64,000 nt of DNA from the human T2T-CHM13v2.0 reference genome, Homo sapiens (GCF_009914755.1 NC_060925.1); one strand, 5' to 3'; shown: positions 33,990 to 48,996, counted from the stretch's first letter. Made by a program: numbers and translations. Notes: generated by a model from the sequence alone, not told the origin.

Positions 33990-34820
33990 GTGAGTGTGCC
34001 CGAATGTCTGGTCCTGACCTGGCTGTGTCCCTTGCAGCAGGTGCCTGGGAAGCCAGCTTAACATAAGCTGGCTTTGGGCTGTCCTGGCCCAGGCCTGGCC
34101 CTGCAGGGTGACTGGACCCTGCCCAGACTTGCTTCCTGGGGAAGTGAGGAGGCACTTCAGGGCTTCAAGGCAATGGCAGCAGATTGGAGGGAGGGTAGAG
34201 TCCTGGAAAGGCTAGGACCTGGCAAGGGGCTTCCAGTAGGTTTGTATGAGGGAAGTTTGGGAAGTTGAGCCATGCAGTCTTTGGCCTTAACTCTGACCTG
34301 CCCCAGGCCAGCACTTACCTAGTTGATGGGGGAGTTTGGGTGACTCTTGGGTCTTTGTGCACGTCAGCCCTGTCCTGCTGACCAGAGGGATCCCCTCATC
34401 CCATCCTGACCAGGAACGAAGGCCCAGCTCTACCTCCCCATATGAGAACAAGCCTACTTCCTATTGTGGCAACACTAAAACAACAGGGGGAGGGAAGCCC
34501 CACGGGCGGACCTGGGGCAGGTCTCTGGGTCTCAGCCAGAGCCTGGGGTTGACTCAGCCTGGCCATGCCTGGGCATCCCTTTGGGCCTAACCAAGCCAGA
34601 GCATCGTGAGCAATAGGAGCGGTGCCTGTTCTGGTTTGACCTCCCCAGACTTTGAGGCTCTTTTGAAATCGATGACCCTGGAGGCTAGCCCTTCAGGGAA
34701 GTCGTCTGTTGGGCCTTTAGGTTCCATCTGCTGTGGTCTGGTGGGAATGGACTTGGGCAGGGGAGCCTCCTGCTGCCTGGATGGGGCCCACCATGCCCAC
34801 CAGCTCTGTCCCTCCATCAG

Positions 34821-34937
34821 GATGAGGGCGTCCTCAAGGAGATCTCCATCACGCACCACGTCAAGGCTGGCTCTGAGAAGGCTGATCCATCCCATTTCGA
34901 GCTCCTCAAGGTTCTGGGCCAGGGATCCTTTGGCAAA
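34821..34937 (+). CDS. RPS6KA1: RSK1 exon 3 (DEGVLKEI...VLGQGSFGK), NTKD glycine-rich loop
   Basis: catcag acceptor, AAA|GTGAGT donor, GxGxxG motif. Confidence 0.97.
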
Positions 34938-35142
34938 GTGAGTCATGAGCCCATAGCTGTGAAGGCAACACTCGTCATGTTAGAGGTGGGGGTCAAGGGT
35001 CACCTAGGGGCCCAAAGGATCAGAGGTCACCTTGGTACCCAGGGAGAGCAAAAAGGTCAGCTTGGGGCTCAGAGAAGATAGAGGTCAGCCTGGACTCAGA
35101 CCTCTCCCATCTTCTGCCCTGCTTCCTGCTCTGCCTTCTCAG

Positions 35143-35224
35143 GTCTTCCTGGTGCGGAAAGTCACCCGGCCTGACAGTGGGCACCTGTATGCTATGAAGG
35201 TGCTGAAGAAGGCAACGCTGAAAG
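35143..35224 (+). CDS. RPS6KA1: RSK1 exon 4 (VFLVRK...YAMKVLKKATLK), catalytic Lys94
   Basis: AG/GT boundaries; AMK motif. Confidence 0.97.
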
Positions 35225-36469
35225 GTGAGTGGGGACACCTCCCTGTGCAGAACCCAGGCTTGGCTGAGGGAGGCAGCCCAGACTTCAAGGGCCTTGGGTC
35301 TGGCAAGGGAGACAGCTCTGTCTTCAGGAGCACCTAGTTCAAAGGTGGAGAAACAGGCCTATTTCTCAGCTATCCCTCGCCAGCCAATCCTCCTCCCCCT
35401 AAGCCAAGTGCTAGTGACTGGCTGTGAAGGTCTGGAAGGTGGTAATAGGGTAAATGCAATGTGTTTGTCAGGGGGCGGGGCCCTCAACTACCAAGCTGGT
35501 CAAGCAGAGGCATTCTGACTGTTGATGCTAGAAGAGTCTGGGGGAGACCTCTGTGGCCCCTAACTCAGGGGCCTGAGAGAAGGGCGTGAGTGAAGAGGCA
35601 GGGAGCCCAGGGAGGCAGCTGGGCTAGGCAAGAGAGGGTGAGTCCAGGCAGGGCCACAGAGCTGGATGGCAGAGAGGTTCAGAAGGGAGCCCCGAGCCAA
35701 GGTTAGAGTTCTGGGGACTTACAAAGGGTGTGAAGATGGTTGGTAGTGGGCTTTGGGTTGGATACTGACCACTTGGCCTGGGAACCAGTGTGACCACTGA
35801 CCCGGCAGAGTCATAGCCAAGTCTCTCTTTAAATAAGTCAAGGCCGGGCGCGGTGGCTCACACCTGTAATCCCAGCACTTTGGGAGGCTGAGGTGGGCGG
35901 GTCATTTGAGGTCAGGAGTTCAAGACCTGACCAACATGTTGAAACCCCGTCTCTACTAAAAATACAAAGAAATGAGCTGGGTGTGGTGGTGTGCACCTCT
36001 GATCCCAGTCAGAGCCAAATCCTAGCTGGGGAGGTAGTGGGGGCAGTAGGAGGCGTCAGCCTTAAGGACGTTATGGGTGGCTTTGGTATCCTAAGGCCAG
36101 CCTGGTGGGTGTGGAAGTCATCCCCCAGGAGGTATGGTGGCAGCTTCAGAGGGAGGAGAAAGATGAAAAGCCTGGGTCCCTGCTGTGAAGGGCTCACAGG
36201 CTGGGCAGGAGAGGCTAAGCATACCCGACAGTGTGGTGCAGCCGGTGCTGTGACTGGTGTGCGTGGATATCCGACGCGCTGGGGAGCTGGGAGTGGTGGT
36301 GTAGTCTTGTAGAGGGTGGGCCCAGAGGCCAAGGGGACACCTAAGGAGCGGGAAGCCTTGGAGGATGAGTGGATTTCTCTAGACCAAAAATGTTTGAGGA
36401 AGGGGACCCTGGGAAGGAGAAACTGTTTGCCTGAACTAAAGTGTAGAGGTGGTTTGAAAATGTAAGGTA

Positions 36470-36780
36470 AGCTGGGTGCTGTGGCTCATACCTGTAATCC
36501 TAGCACTTTGGAAAGCTGAGGCGAGTGGATCACTTGAGGTCAAGAGTTCGAGACCAGCCTGGCCAACATGGGAAAACCCCATCTCTACTAAAATACAAAA
36601 ATTATCTGGGTATGCTGGTATGCACACCTATAGTCCCAGCTACTCAGGAGGTTGAGGCACAAGAATTGCTTGAACCCAGGAGGTGGAGATTGCAGTGAGC
36701 CGAGATCGCGCCACCATACTCCAGCCTGGGCGATGAGAGCGAAACTCCATCTCAGAAAAAAAAAAAAAGAAAAAAGAAAA
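36470..36780 (+). mobile_element. AluS with TSD gaaaatgtaaggt
   Basis: Alu consensus and TSD. Confidence 0.9.
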
Positions 36781-37241
36781 TGTAAGGTGACCAAAATAGT
36801 TAACTCCGGTGTGGTCCTTGTCATGTCTAATGAGGAAAACACAAAAATTAAAACAGAAGAAGGGGACCAGCTCCTGCAGCCCTGTGTGCTGACATGGAAG
36901 GTGTGTTGGAAGGCAGCTGCAGCTTCTACTTGTAGCAAGGGCCAAGGATTGTGTCCTGAACAAGACTCCGGAAAGACATGCAGGAGGAGTACATTGGCCA
37001 GATCTCCTAAGATAAGCAGCTGTGAGCATCAATTCTGGAATGGCAGTGACGAATGAATAGAATTCATACTAGATGGATGGACTAGTGAAGGCTTTGGGAC
37101 TATGAGGCTGGAGAGGAAACTGCCAATCCAGTACATGGACCAAAAAAGCCTTTAGTTTTGCATTGTGTGTATTGCTCAGACATTTTGTCTGGTCTTAGTA
37201 AGCACTCCCTAGCCTTCCACCTCTCCTTTTAATAAAAGTCA

Positions 37242-37533
<292 letters not shown>

Positions 37534-37645
37534 GTCAAAGGACACATGAGAGGTCTCAGTCAAGGGGTAATCAATATTGTGATAAACTTAGTTGAAACAC
37601 ACTGCCCAAAATGAACCTAGGCAGCCATGTCCAAAAGCCTGTTCT

Positions 37646-38584
<939 letters not shown>

Positions 38585-39349
38585 TAATCAGACTAGTGAA
38601 ATCAATAAAACATGATACTTGGTGGGCTTCAATAAATTTAGAAGGCAACCTGAAAAAGAGAAAAGTGCTCCAAAGGAGAAGCACAAGCACTGTAGGAATC
38701 CAGAAGGCCCTAACCCAGCTTGGCAAATTAAGGAGCGCTTCCTGGAGAAGGTGAGGCCTAAGCTGAGTCAAAGAACCTGCTGAGAATCAGAACTGCCCAA
38801 TAACTTGTATTATTTAAAAAAATAAATAAATAATATGAAGGGTGCCCACCCAGACCCATAGATCGGGATTTTAGGCCCAGGGATCCAGCTCACCAGGTAG
38901 CCGTTCTTACCAGCCCCGAGACCAGAATTTGGGAATTTTTATGCCAGATGGAAAGCAGAGCTGGTGAAGGCATGCCAGGGGGAGGTGCAGAGGCAAAGTC
39001 TGAGGATCTGACAAAGCAGAGAACCCTGGGGGAGCAGGTTGCTCAGACTGGCTGATTAACAGGTCTTGATGGGGTCTGGTGGGAAAAGGGACCAGAGAGA
39101 TGGGCAGGGTGCCAAGGCCCCAGCTGTGGGCACTGCTGTGAGGGGTGGGGACAAGGAGCCAGCCAAGGAGCCAGAAACAGACTGGCAAGGAGGAAACCTG
39201 AGGATTGAGTGTCCCCAAAGCCCTGGGTGAGGGGGCTTTGGGAGCTCAGGCCTGGAGGAACAAGTGGAAAAGAGATCCCTTAGCGGGGGCTTGGGAGTGG
39301 CTGTGTTGAGTGTCTAGGCTACTGGTGACTTCCTTTCTCGTCTGGCCAG

Positions 39350-39430
39350 TACGTGACCGCGTCCGGACCAAGATGGAGAGAGACATCCTGGCTGATGTAA
39401 ATCACCCATTCGTGGTGAAGCTGCACTATG
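39350..39430 (+). CDS. RPS6KA1: RSK1 exon 5 ([27 protein letters not shown])
   Basis: AG/GT boundaries; frame continuous; alphaC Glu. Confidence 0.97.
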
Positions 39431-39596
39431 GTAAAGCTTCTGGCCCTGCCTGAGCTCCTACCCCACCCATCCTTCGCCCTTGCCTGTGGTCTGTACACTG
39501 TCCCACCGCCTGCCTGGCAGGCCAAGGGAGCCAGGGCCGGAGAAGCAGATCATAAGGCCGCGCCGACTCTACCATTGCCTTTCTCCCTCTTCCCAG

Positions 39597-39676
39597 CCTT
39601 CCAGACCGAGGGCAAGCTCTATCTCATTCTGGACTTCCTGCGTGGTGGGGACCTCTTCACCCGGCTCTCAAAAGAG
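39597..39676 (+). CDS. RPS6KA1: RSK1 exon 6 ([27 protein letters not shown])
   Basis: AG/GT boundaries; hinge region. Confidence 0.97.
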
Positions 39677-40060
39677 GTGAGCTGACATCTACTGCCAGAG
39701 GGCCCCGGGATGGAGCTGAGGGACGACAAGTCCTCCCATCCCAGGGCCCTGTACAGAATGTGTTTGGTATGGCTTGAACCTGGAACCACCCAGGCCTGCC
39801 TAGCAGCCCCTGGCCCAGGAAATACCACGCACCCTGGAATGGAGGCCATACGCTGGCAAGGTCTCTGAGAGTTTCTCCCAAGGAAACTCCAGGGAGCTAA
39901 GGGTTCCTCTCACCTCTGCACCTGCCTTCTTCCAGGGCTGCTCTGGGCAGAGGTGTGAAGATAGGGGAGAAGCCCAAAGTCACCCAGAGAGCCAGAGACT
40001 TTAGCAGTCATCTTGCGTATGTCATCCAAAAGGATTTTGAACCAATATAAAAGGATTTGA

Positions 40061-40743
<683 letters not shown>

Positions 40744-40744
40744 T

Positions 40745-41190
40745 AAATTGTGATTTTAATGTTTGAATAGGTAATATACATGATTCAAAAGAAAAATATT
40801 CATGAAGAAGTCTTCCTCCCACCCCAGCCCCCTCTATTCCCATCTATAGGTAAACATTTTTATTGGTTTCTTGTTTAACTTTCCCATGTTTCTTTTGCAA
40901 ACAAATCCGATATATGTTCATTCCTACCCCCATTTCCTTATGTAAAAAGTACTATTCTGTATACACTGTTCTGTACCTTGCTTTTTTCAAGATAGTATAT
41001 CTTGGAGCTCACTCCATGTCAGAACACGGAGAAACTCCTTGTTCCAGTTCATGGCTGCAAAGCACTCCATTATGCAGGGGAGAGGGCTGATTCCAGCCTT
41101 CTACTCTTGGACCCTAGGCCTGTTTCCCACCCCTTCTATTTCTGAATGGTGCCACAATGAGTGGCTTGCGTATTAGTCATTTCATACTTC
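40745..41190 (-). mobile_element. Old L1M 3' fragment
   Basis: tacactgttctgtaccttgctttttt, ttcatggctgca, tgtttcc...tatt motifs typical of antisense L1M 3' ends. Confidence 0.6.
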
Positions 41191-41277
41191 AAATCCTTTG
41201 TATGATGAGAAGGCTATATGGCCTGGGGTTTCCAAGGGTCCTCCCAGGGTGGCCCTTCAGGACCAGGAAGCTGCTGA

Positions 41278-41451
<174 letters not shown>

Positions 41452-42166
41452 TGAGTGAAGCCTCCAGCCCCACCCCAGCCTCCCCAGGGGAGGCCTCTTC
41501 TAGGACAGGGCCATCCTGAGGTGGGTGGGCATGGCTTTCTCCAGAAACGTCTCCCTCTCTTGGGCAATCTGAGGGATGGGTGAGTGGGGTGGGTGGTAGT
41601 GCCAGCTGCCCAGTCACTAATGCTACCATTACCAAGGGCCAGGTACTTTGCATGCAGGTAATGTTGCCCGTCTTTTTTTGCTAATCTAGTGTGACATTTG
41701 AGATGCCACCTTTAGAGGTCTTTCCTTGATAAAGCCCTATAGAATTTTCCCTAATATCTAACTACCCTCAAATGATAACTAAGGAGCCAGGGGCAGGTGG
41801 TGAGTTGGAATAAGATCTGGCTTTAGTGTTAGGCAGCCCTGTATTCAAATCCTGTCTCCACCTACTAGCTAGACTTACTAGCTCAATGACTGTAGAGCTA
41901 CTTAACTGCCCTGAGCCTTAGTTTTCCCATTAGCAAAACGGGGCCCTAATAGTACTTGCCTCACACAGTTGCTTCAAGGATTAGCAAAAAAGATAGGCAA
42001 CACCCCTGCGTGGTACTGCTACCACCCTGCAACACCCGCCCAGTCATCAGAGAGAATTGGGTGGAGCACCTCCTCTGGGCTGAACCCAACTCCCACAGCC
42101 CTGTGGTAACACCATCACCCACACGGCCACAGCTGAGGGGCCCTGACCACTATTTCTCTATTACAG

Positions 42167-42204
42167 CATCCTTCTGGATGAGGAGGGCCACATCAAACTC
42201 ACTG
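42167..42204 (+). CDS. RPS6KA1: RSK1 exon 8 (ILLDEEGHIKLT)
   Basis: 38-nt exon, ttacag acceptor, CTG|GTGAGT donor. Confidence 0.96.
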
Positions 42205-42494
42205 GTGAGTGGAGGGCGCCTGCCCCCTCGGGACCCAGGGGAGGACAGGACAAGGTCATGATAGGTCTCGGCTGAGTGCTGGGGGCTCATTCTTCCCGAG
42301 AAGCCGTGCCAGTTACTTGGAAGTGGTCAAAAACTCAGGCCTCAGACTTGGAACACCCTCAGCTGGAATCCCAGCCCCTCATTGTGTAACGTTGAGCAAG
42401 TCACCTGACCTCTCTGGGCCTTAGCTTCCTCCTGAGTGTCATGGGGGTGATGCCTTCTGGCCTCTGGGCACGGGGGTTGGGTGTGCAAAGGGTG

Positions 42495-42546
42495 GCAGCA
42501 AGGAAGGCAGGGGTCCTAAGGTGTGTCCTCCTGCCCTCCTTGCTGT
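42495..42546 (+). ncRNA. MIR1976: MIR1976 precursor hairpin (5'-tailed mirtron-like)
   Basis: GCAGCAAGGAAGGCAGGGG pairs with CCTCCTGCCCTCCTTGCTGT; the 3' arm is the recognised miR-1976 sequence and ends at the intron 8 acceptor AG (42547-42548). Confidence 0.88.
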
Positions 42547-42548
42547 AG

Positions 42549-42691
42549 ACTTTGGCCTGAGCAAAGAGGCCATTGACCACGAGAAGAAGGCCTATTCTTT
42601 CTGCGGGACAGTGGAGTACATGGCCCCTGAGGTCGTCAACCGCCAGGGCCACTCCCATAGTGCGGACTGGTGGTCCTATGGGGTGTTGATG
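42549..42691 (+). CDS. RPS6KA1: RSK1 exon 9 (DFGLSKE...[14 protein letters not shown]...GVLM), activation loop Ser221
   Basis: DFG and APE motifs; AG/GT boundaries. Confidence 0.98.
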
Positions 42692-43102
42692 GTGAGTGCC
42701 CAGACAGGGGTAAAGGATCCAGCCCAAGCCTCTGGCCTCAGTCTCCCTATCTGTACAGTGAGGGGGTTGATCATTTCTAGGGCTCTCCCCGTCTCCTCTC
42801 ACAGCCAAGCTGGCCTCACCCTATATGCACCTGCAGTTTTCTTCCTTGGAAGGATCCCAGGCTTGACCCCACCTGGGACGCGCCTAACCCAGTGCTGGCC
42901 TTCTCCCCAGCCTCGCGCCCCCACCGCTGCTCCTGGTGGTCTGGTTGGCAGAGGCAAGAGGGACGGGCATAATTCTTGCTCCAGGCTGACTTGGATGTAT
43001 CAGCAAGAATCCTGGGACTGGGGCAGAGGGTCTGACTGGGAGGAGGCGGGAGGTGTGTCGGAGACAGGGATCAGAGCCTGAATAGATCCTTGTCCTCTGC
43101 AG

Positions 43103-43173
43103 TTTGAGATGCTGACGGGCTCCCTGCCCTTCCAGGGGAAGGACCGGAAGGAGACCATGACACTGATTCTGAA
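43103..43173 (+). CDS. RPS6KA1: RSK1 exon 10 ([24 protein letters not shown])
   Basis: AG/GT boundaries; frame continuous. Confidence 0.97.
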
Positions 43174-43488
43174 GTAAGCCCCAGCCCTGCCCTGATAACA
43201 ATGGACTCCTCCAAGCCCCAGCCCCAGTTTGGGGGTCAGAATATTATTACCCTGTCCCTGCCTCAGCTACCCTCTCTAATGAGACTCTCCTCTGGGTTAA
43301 ACATTATACCTTCCAGAGCCCCTCTTTCATCCCTGGGGGCCTGTGGGTAGGATCCCTGAAGCCTTTGGGAAGTGAATTAGTGGATGGCTTGTCTAGACTG
43401 AGCTGGGAACTAGATCTGGACAGGGGCCGGGGGAGATGGGGCCTCTGGGGCAGGGCTCAGCCTTGATGAGTCCCGGGGGCTGTTTCAG

Positions 43489-43577
43489 GGCGAAGCTAGG
43501 CATGCCCCAGTTTCTGAGCACTGAAGCCCAGAGCCTCTTGCGGGCCCTGTTCAAGCGGAATCCTGCCAACCGGCTCG
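43489..43577 (+). CDS. RPS6KA1: RSK1 exon 11 ([30 protein letters not shown])
   Basis: tttcag acceptor, TCG|GTAAGC donor. Confidence 0.96.
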
Positions 43578-44605
43578 GTAAGCAGCCCCAGCTCAGGGGA
43601 GGGGATGTGGCGATGGGGAGCCGGGTACAGCTGCAGCCTAGGCCACAGGGCCACATCTGGGCTGAAAGGGGCCGTTGTCCTTTGTGTGGGCAGACAATGC
43701 CGCGGGCCACCCTGCTTTCTGGCTCCATGTGTGGTGTTGTGGAGGGGGGAGTTGACCTGTGTGTAGGGGGAAGGCAGGAACTGAGTCATCCCTACTCCCT
43801 CTGGGGACAAGGACAGAGGCCCCCACACAGCTTCTCCGCCAAGGCTGCTGGCACAAGAGAAATAGCATGAGCTCAGGAGTCAGAAGGCATAGGTCCCAAT
43901 CCCGGCTCTGTGTCAGGTCCCCACTGCCTGGCACAAAACAGTCCCTCTATAAATATTTGTTAAACGAATGAGGCCACTTATGAACTAAGTGACCCCAGGC
44001 AGGTGACTTCACCTCTCTGCACCGCAGGTTCCTCGTCTCAATGGGAGATGATGATCCCAAGCTTGCTTCAGGGCTCTGTTGATGAAATGAGGTTGTGTGA
44101 ACATGCCGGCATGTAGTAGGTGTCCAGTGTGTGCTGGCTTCCCTGGCTCCTGGGTTCATCTGGTCCATGACCAGCTGTGTAAGGTCCAGTCAAGGCCCCT
44201 GGGGTCGAATGGAGTAACAGCCTGTCCTATGGTTGAAAAGGTCAATGGGATAAGAGGAACAGAGATGAGGCTTGCCTTGGAATGAGGTGGGGCTCTCTGT
44301 AGGTCTCAGAACAAGCTCAGCTTCTGTTCTAACTGTGTGGCCTTGGAGAAGTTGCCTAAAGTCTCTGGGCCTTCCTCCTCCCACTGGTACATTGGAATTT
44401 CTTCATCAGAAGCTCCAGAAAGTGGAAAATGCTGAGTAGGTGACAGGCCTTAGGGTGATGGCTGGGTAGATTTGAGGCTGAGTGAGCCCATTTTCCCCTC
44501 TGCTCCAGCAGCTGGTCCCAGAGCCCTGTGAGGCTGCTTGGTGGGCAGGGTAATATCTGGGACTTGTGCCAGCCAGGGACAGACCCTTCATTTGGGCTCT
44601 TTCAG

Positions 44606-44670
44606 GCTCCGGCCCTGATGGGGCAGAGGAAATCAAGCGGCATGTCTTCTACTCCACCATTGACTGGAAT
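44606..44670 (+). CDS. RPS6KA1: RSK1 exon 12 ([21 protein letters not shown])
   Basis: AG/GT boundaries. Confidence 0.96.
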
Positions 44671-44949
44671 GTGAGTGTGTCCACCCACACCAGGGCTCTG
44701 GCCAGGGCTCAGCCATCTTGGCCACAGGAAGGGTGGTGGGAGGGGAGCCTCTGCCAGCGAGGGCCCCAGACGCAGGAGCAGAGGGTCACAGCCTGCCCTT
44801 GAAGACAAGGGCTGGCCTCCTGAGGGCAAGCAATTCCGAGAGCTGGGCAATATGGCCTATGTTCCAAGCCCAGCACCTCCTCCTGCATGGGGCTCCTGGT
44901 GGGCTGTTGAGGATGCCATGGTGACCAGAGTGCCCACCCCACTGTGCAG

Positions 44950-45052
44950 AAGCTATACCGTCGTGAGATCAAGCCACCCTTCAAGCCAGCAGTGGCTCAG
45001 CCTGATGACACCTTCTACTTTGACACCGAGTTCACGTCCCGCACACCCAAGG
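44950..45052 (+). CDS. RPS6KA1: RSK1 exon 13 ([13 protein letters not shown]...SRTPK), AGC C-tail, Thr359
   Basis: AG/GT boundaries; PPFKP motif. Confidence 0.97.
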
Positions 45053-45606
45053 GTGCGTCCCTTATCTGTTTTGTCTGTCTTGGGCTGGTACAGGAGGGAA
45101 GCCGGGAGTCGGTGGCAGCTTGGGGGGCAGAGATAGTCAGGGACACTGACAGGCCGAGGTATGCGGGTGGGCAGGCGGGTGAGTTTCTGGCTCCGTGGGA
45201 CTGACTTTGTCCCTGTCTCACTCCGCCCGACTCTCTCACTATGGGGCTCTGTGGGTCTCTTTGTGTCTGGTGAGAGAGTGGGAGTGGGGATGTGTGGGTG
45301 GTGAAGGCCACAGTAGAAAAGCCAGGACCCCTGCCCGGGGCACCTTCCAGCCCACTGGGAAGACCAAACACATCAGGCTTACCATCACGTCAGGGAGAAA
45401 GAATCTGACCCAGCCACACTGTGTGGTGGCTGAGCAGAGGTGACAGTGCCCATAGGTCAGGGACAGGCATGGGAATCAGCTTTGGCTGCCCTGACTGCCC
45501 GGCCTCCGTGTACTTATCTGGAACAAGGGCACAGCCACAAACCCACTCATTCCCTGGGGTTGCTACAAGAAGCCAGTGAGGGAGCTTCTGGGAAGGAACC
45601 TGGTGA

Positions 45607-46060
<454 letters not shown>

Positions 46061-46758
46061 TGATGACAGAGACAGCACTTCTCCAAGCAGTCCGCTGGGC
46101 AACGTGACAAGTGCAGCTTCGTAGGAGTCAGGGGCCGGAGGAGCAGCATCAGGCAAGGCTTCTCAGAGGAGGGAGCGTGCGAGTTGAGTCTTGAAGGATA
46201 GGCAAGGAGTGGATTATCTAGTTAAAGGGAACAGTGTGTGCAAGGGCTCAGAGACCCCTCTAAGGATCTGAGAAGTCCAACATGGCTCAGCTGTGGTATG
46301 GAGAGAGAGGAGGTGAGGATCACAGGGCCCTCAATTGCCAGACTCAGGAGCTGGACTTACTCCTGAAGGCAGACGGGAACCTTTGAAAGGTGTGGGCAGG
46401 GTGGCAGATTTGTGGTTGGAACCTTCCCTCTGGCTGCTGTGCAGAGATGGACCTGAAGGGGCTGACGTAAGATGGGGAAGCTGGGGAGGAAGCATCCAGG
46501 AAGGGATGAACTGTCTTGGCCTGGGATGGAGGTGGATGTGAGAGTCTTTTTTGTTCCTCATGCGACAGGACTGGGCTGGTCTAATAAACACATATGAGCA
46601 GTTGGGCCAAGGCCTGTGATGGACAGGCCCTCTGCAGGCTCCCGCCACGGCCAGCCCCTGAGGCAGGTCTGGAGGCCCTGTGCTCCCCCTTTGCTGGGCT
46701 GCCTCAGGGTCGAGGGGACCTCCTCAGGTACCCTCACATTCTCCTTCCATCCGTACAG

Positions 46759-46889
46759 ATTCCCCAGGCATCCCCCCCAGCGCTGGGGCCCATCAGCTGT
46801 TCCGGGGCTTCAGCTTCGTGGCCACCGGCCTGATGGAAGACGACGGCAAGCCTCGTGCCCCGCAGGCACCCCTGCACTCGGTGGTACAG
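46759..46889 (+). CDS. RPS6KA1: RSK1 exon 14 (DSPGIPPS...FRGFSF...HSVVQ), Ser363 and hydrophobic-motif Ser380
   Basis: FxxFSF hydrophobic motif; AG/GT boundaries. Confidence 0.97.
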
Positions 46890-47304
46890 GTGAGGGGGGC
46901 AGGGGGCTGCTGCTCCATTATCCTTTTCTAAAGAATGGCTGAGTACACAGGCTCTGAGTTGGACAGAACCAGGTTCATACCCTCATGCCACTGTGGGACC
47001 AGTAGGGCCTCCAACATAAAACAGGGACAGTAAGGCCCACCTCACACAGTGGCCCTGATAATTGGATGATGATATGGGTGTACATTTCCCAGCACAGAGC
47101 CAGGGTCTGGGTACATGTCAGGAGGTGCCCAGGGTGGTGGTGCCGAGTGACTGTCGTGTCTCCGGCATAAGTGTAGCGAAGGACTTGGATCTCATCACAC
47201 TTGTTCCCCATTTGTACACTTCTACTGCTAATGAAAGTTTCAGGTTGAGAGGCAAGAATGTAGACTGTGGAGCTCATTGCATGGGTTCCAGATTCACAAG
47301 ATAA

Positions 47305-48040
<736 letters not shown>

Positions 48041-48043
48041 AGT

Positions 48044-48167
48044 TAAGGTGACTATGTAATTTATTTTCCAAACTGGGACATCTTAGTCCAGGACAAATAT
48101 TAAATCAGACTGGATGCAAGGACCGCATGCGCAAGCCAGGGCTGGCCGTGGGGCATGCAGTCACCTG
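48044..48167. mobile_element. hAT-Blackjack MITE (MER94/MER81-like)
   Basis: Inverted termini aggtgact...agtcacct; tccaaactgggaca core. Confidence 0.6.
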
Positions 48168-48677
48168 ATGAAAGTGCTTAGAATAGTGCCTGGCACACAG
48201 CACACACTAAGCACCATTCAGCATTGCTACGGCTAATGTCCCAGAACCTTGAGACACCCCATGAGTTGAGCTGTGACACCCCAGAAAGGGAGGCAGGCCA
48301 CTCAAAGCCGTACTTAGTGGCACAGCTGGAACTCAGCTCAGGGCTCCTGCGTCCCTCCCAGGCCTGCCCAGACTTTTCAGAACTAAAGTCCTCTCCATGT
48401 GTGTTGTGACCCTGTTTCCCACTCCCTACACTGCCCTCTGACCACAGGCTGCAGTCCAGGCAGGCTGGGAGCCAGTGAGTATGCCCATTATATAGAGTAG
48501 AAAACTGAGGCCCAGAGAGGGGCAGGCTGTCACCTGCGGTCACATGGCCAACACTCTACCCCAAGTCTCCTGGCCCTTCCCTGGTGCTGTCTCTACTGAG
48601 CCAAGACCTTAGGTCCTGGGGGATGACCCCTAGCACTCTAGAGCCAGGGGTCAGCCACAATTTTTGGTCTCCTACAG

Positions 48678-48803
48678 CAACTCCATGGGAAGAACCTGGT
48701 TTTTAGTGACGGCTACGTGGTAAAGGAGACAATTGGTGTGGGCTCCTACTCTGAGTGCAAGCGCTGTGTCCACAAGGCCACCAACATGGAGTATGCTGTC
48801 AAG
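48678..48803 (+). CDS. RPS6KA1: RSK1 exon 15 (QLHGKN...[10 protein letters not shown]...YAVK), start of CTKD
   Basis: GVGSYS loop and AVK motif; AG/GT boundaries. Confidence 0.97.
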
Positions 48804-48996
48804 GTGGGCCTCCTGACCACGTCTCGGCCAAGGCTGCTGGGTTGGGGGCAGGTCCCCGTCTGGTGGGGAGGGATGGTGCCTGAGCTCTGCAGATGTATGA
48901 AAGGTGTGTGGCCGAGACCTCCTGGCCTGCTCCATGGCCAGAAAGGACCCTGGACCCTGTCACCCTGACACTGCCACATGCACCCCCTTTCTTCAG

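Noticed and set aside
36785-37240. Non-Alu stretch in intron 4 that might be a decayed retrocopy or ancient LINE
   Set aside because: I could not recognise any protein or repeat family by eye; a Dfam/BLASTX search is needed.
44947-44952. NAGNAG acceptor (CAG AAG) at exon 13
   Set aside because: The distal AAG is rarely used against a proximal CAG, and the sequence gives no further support.
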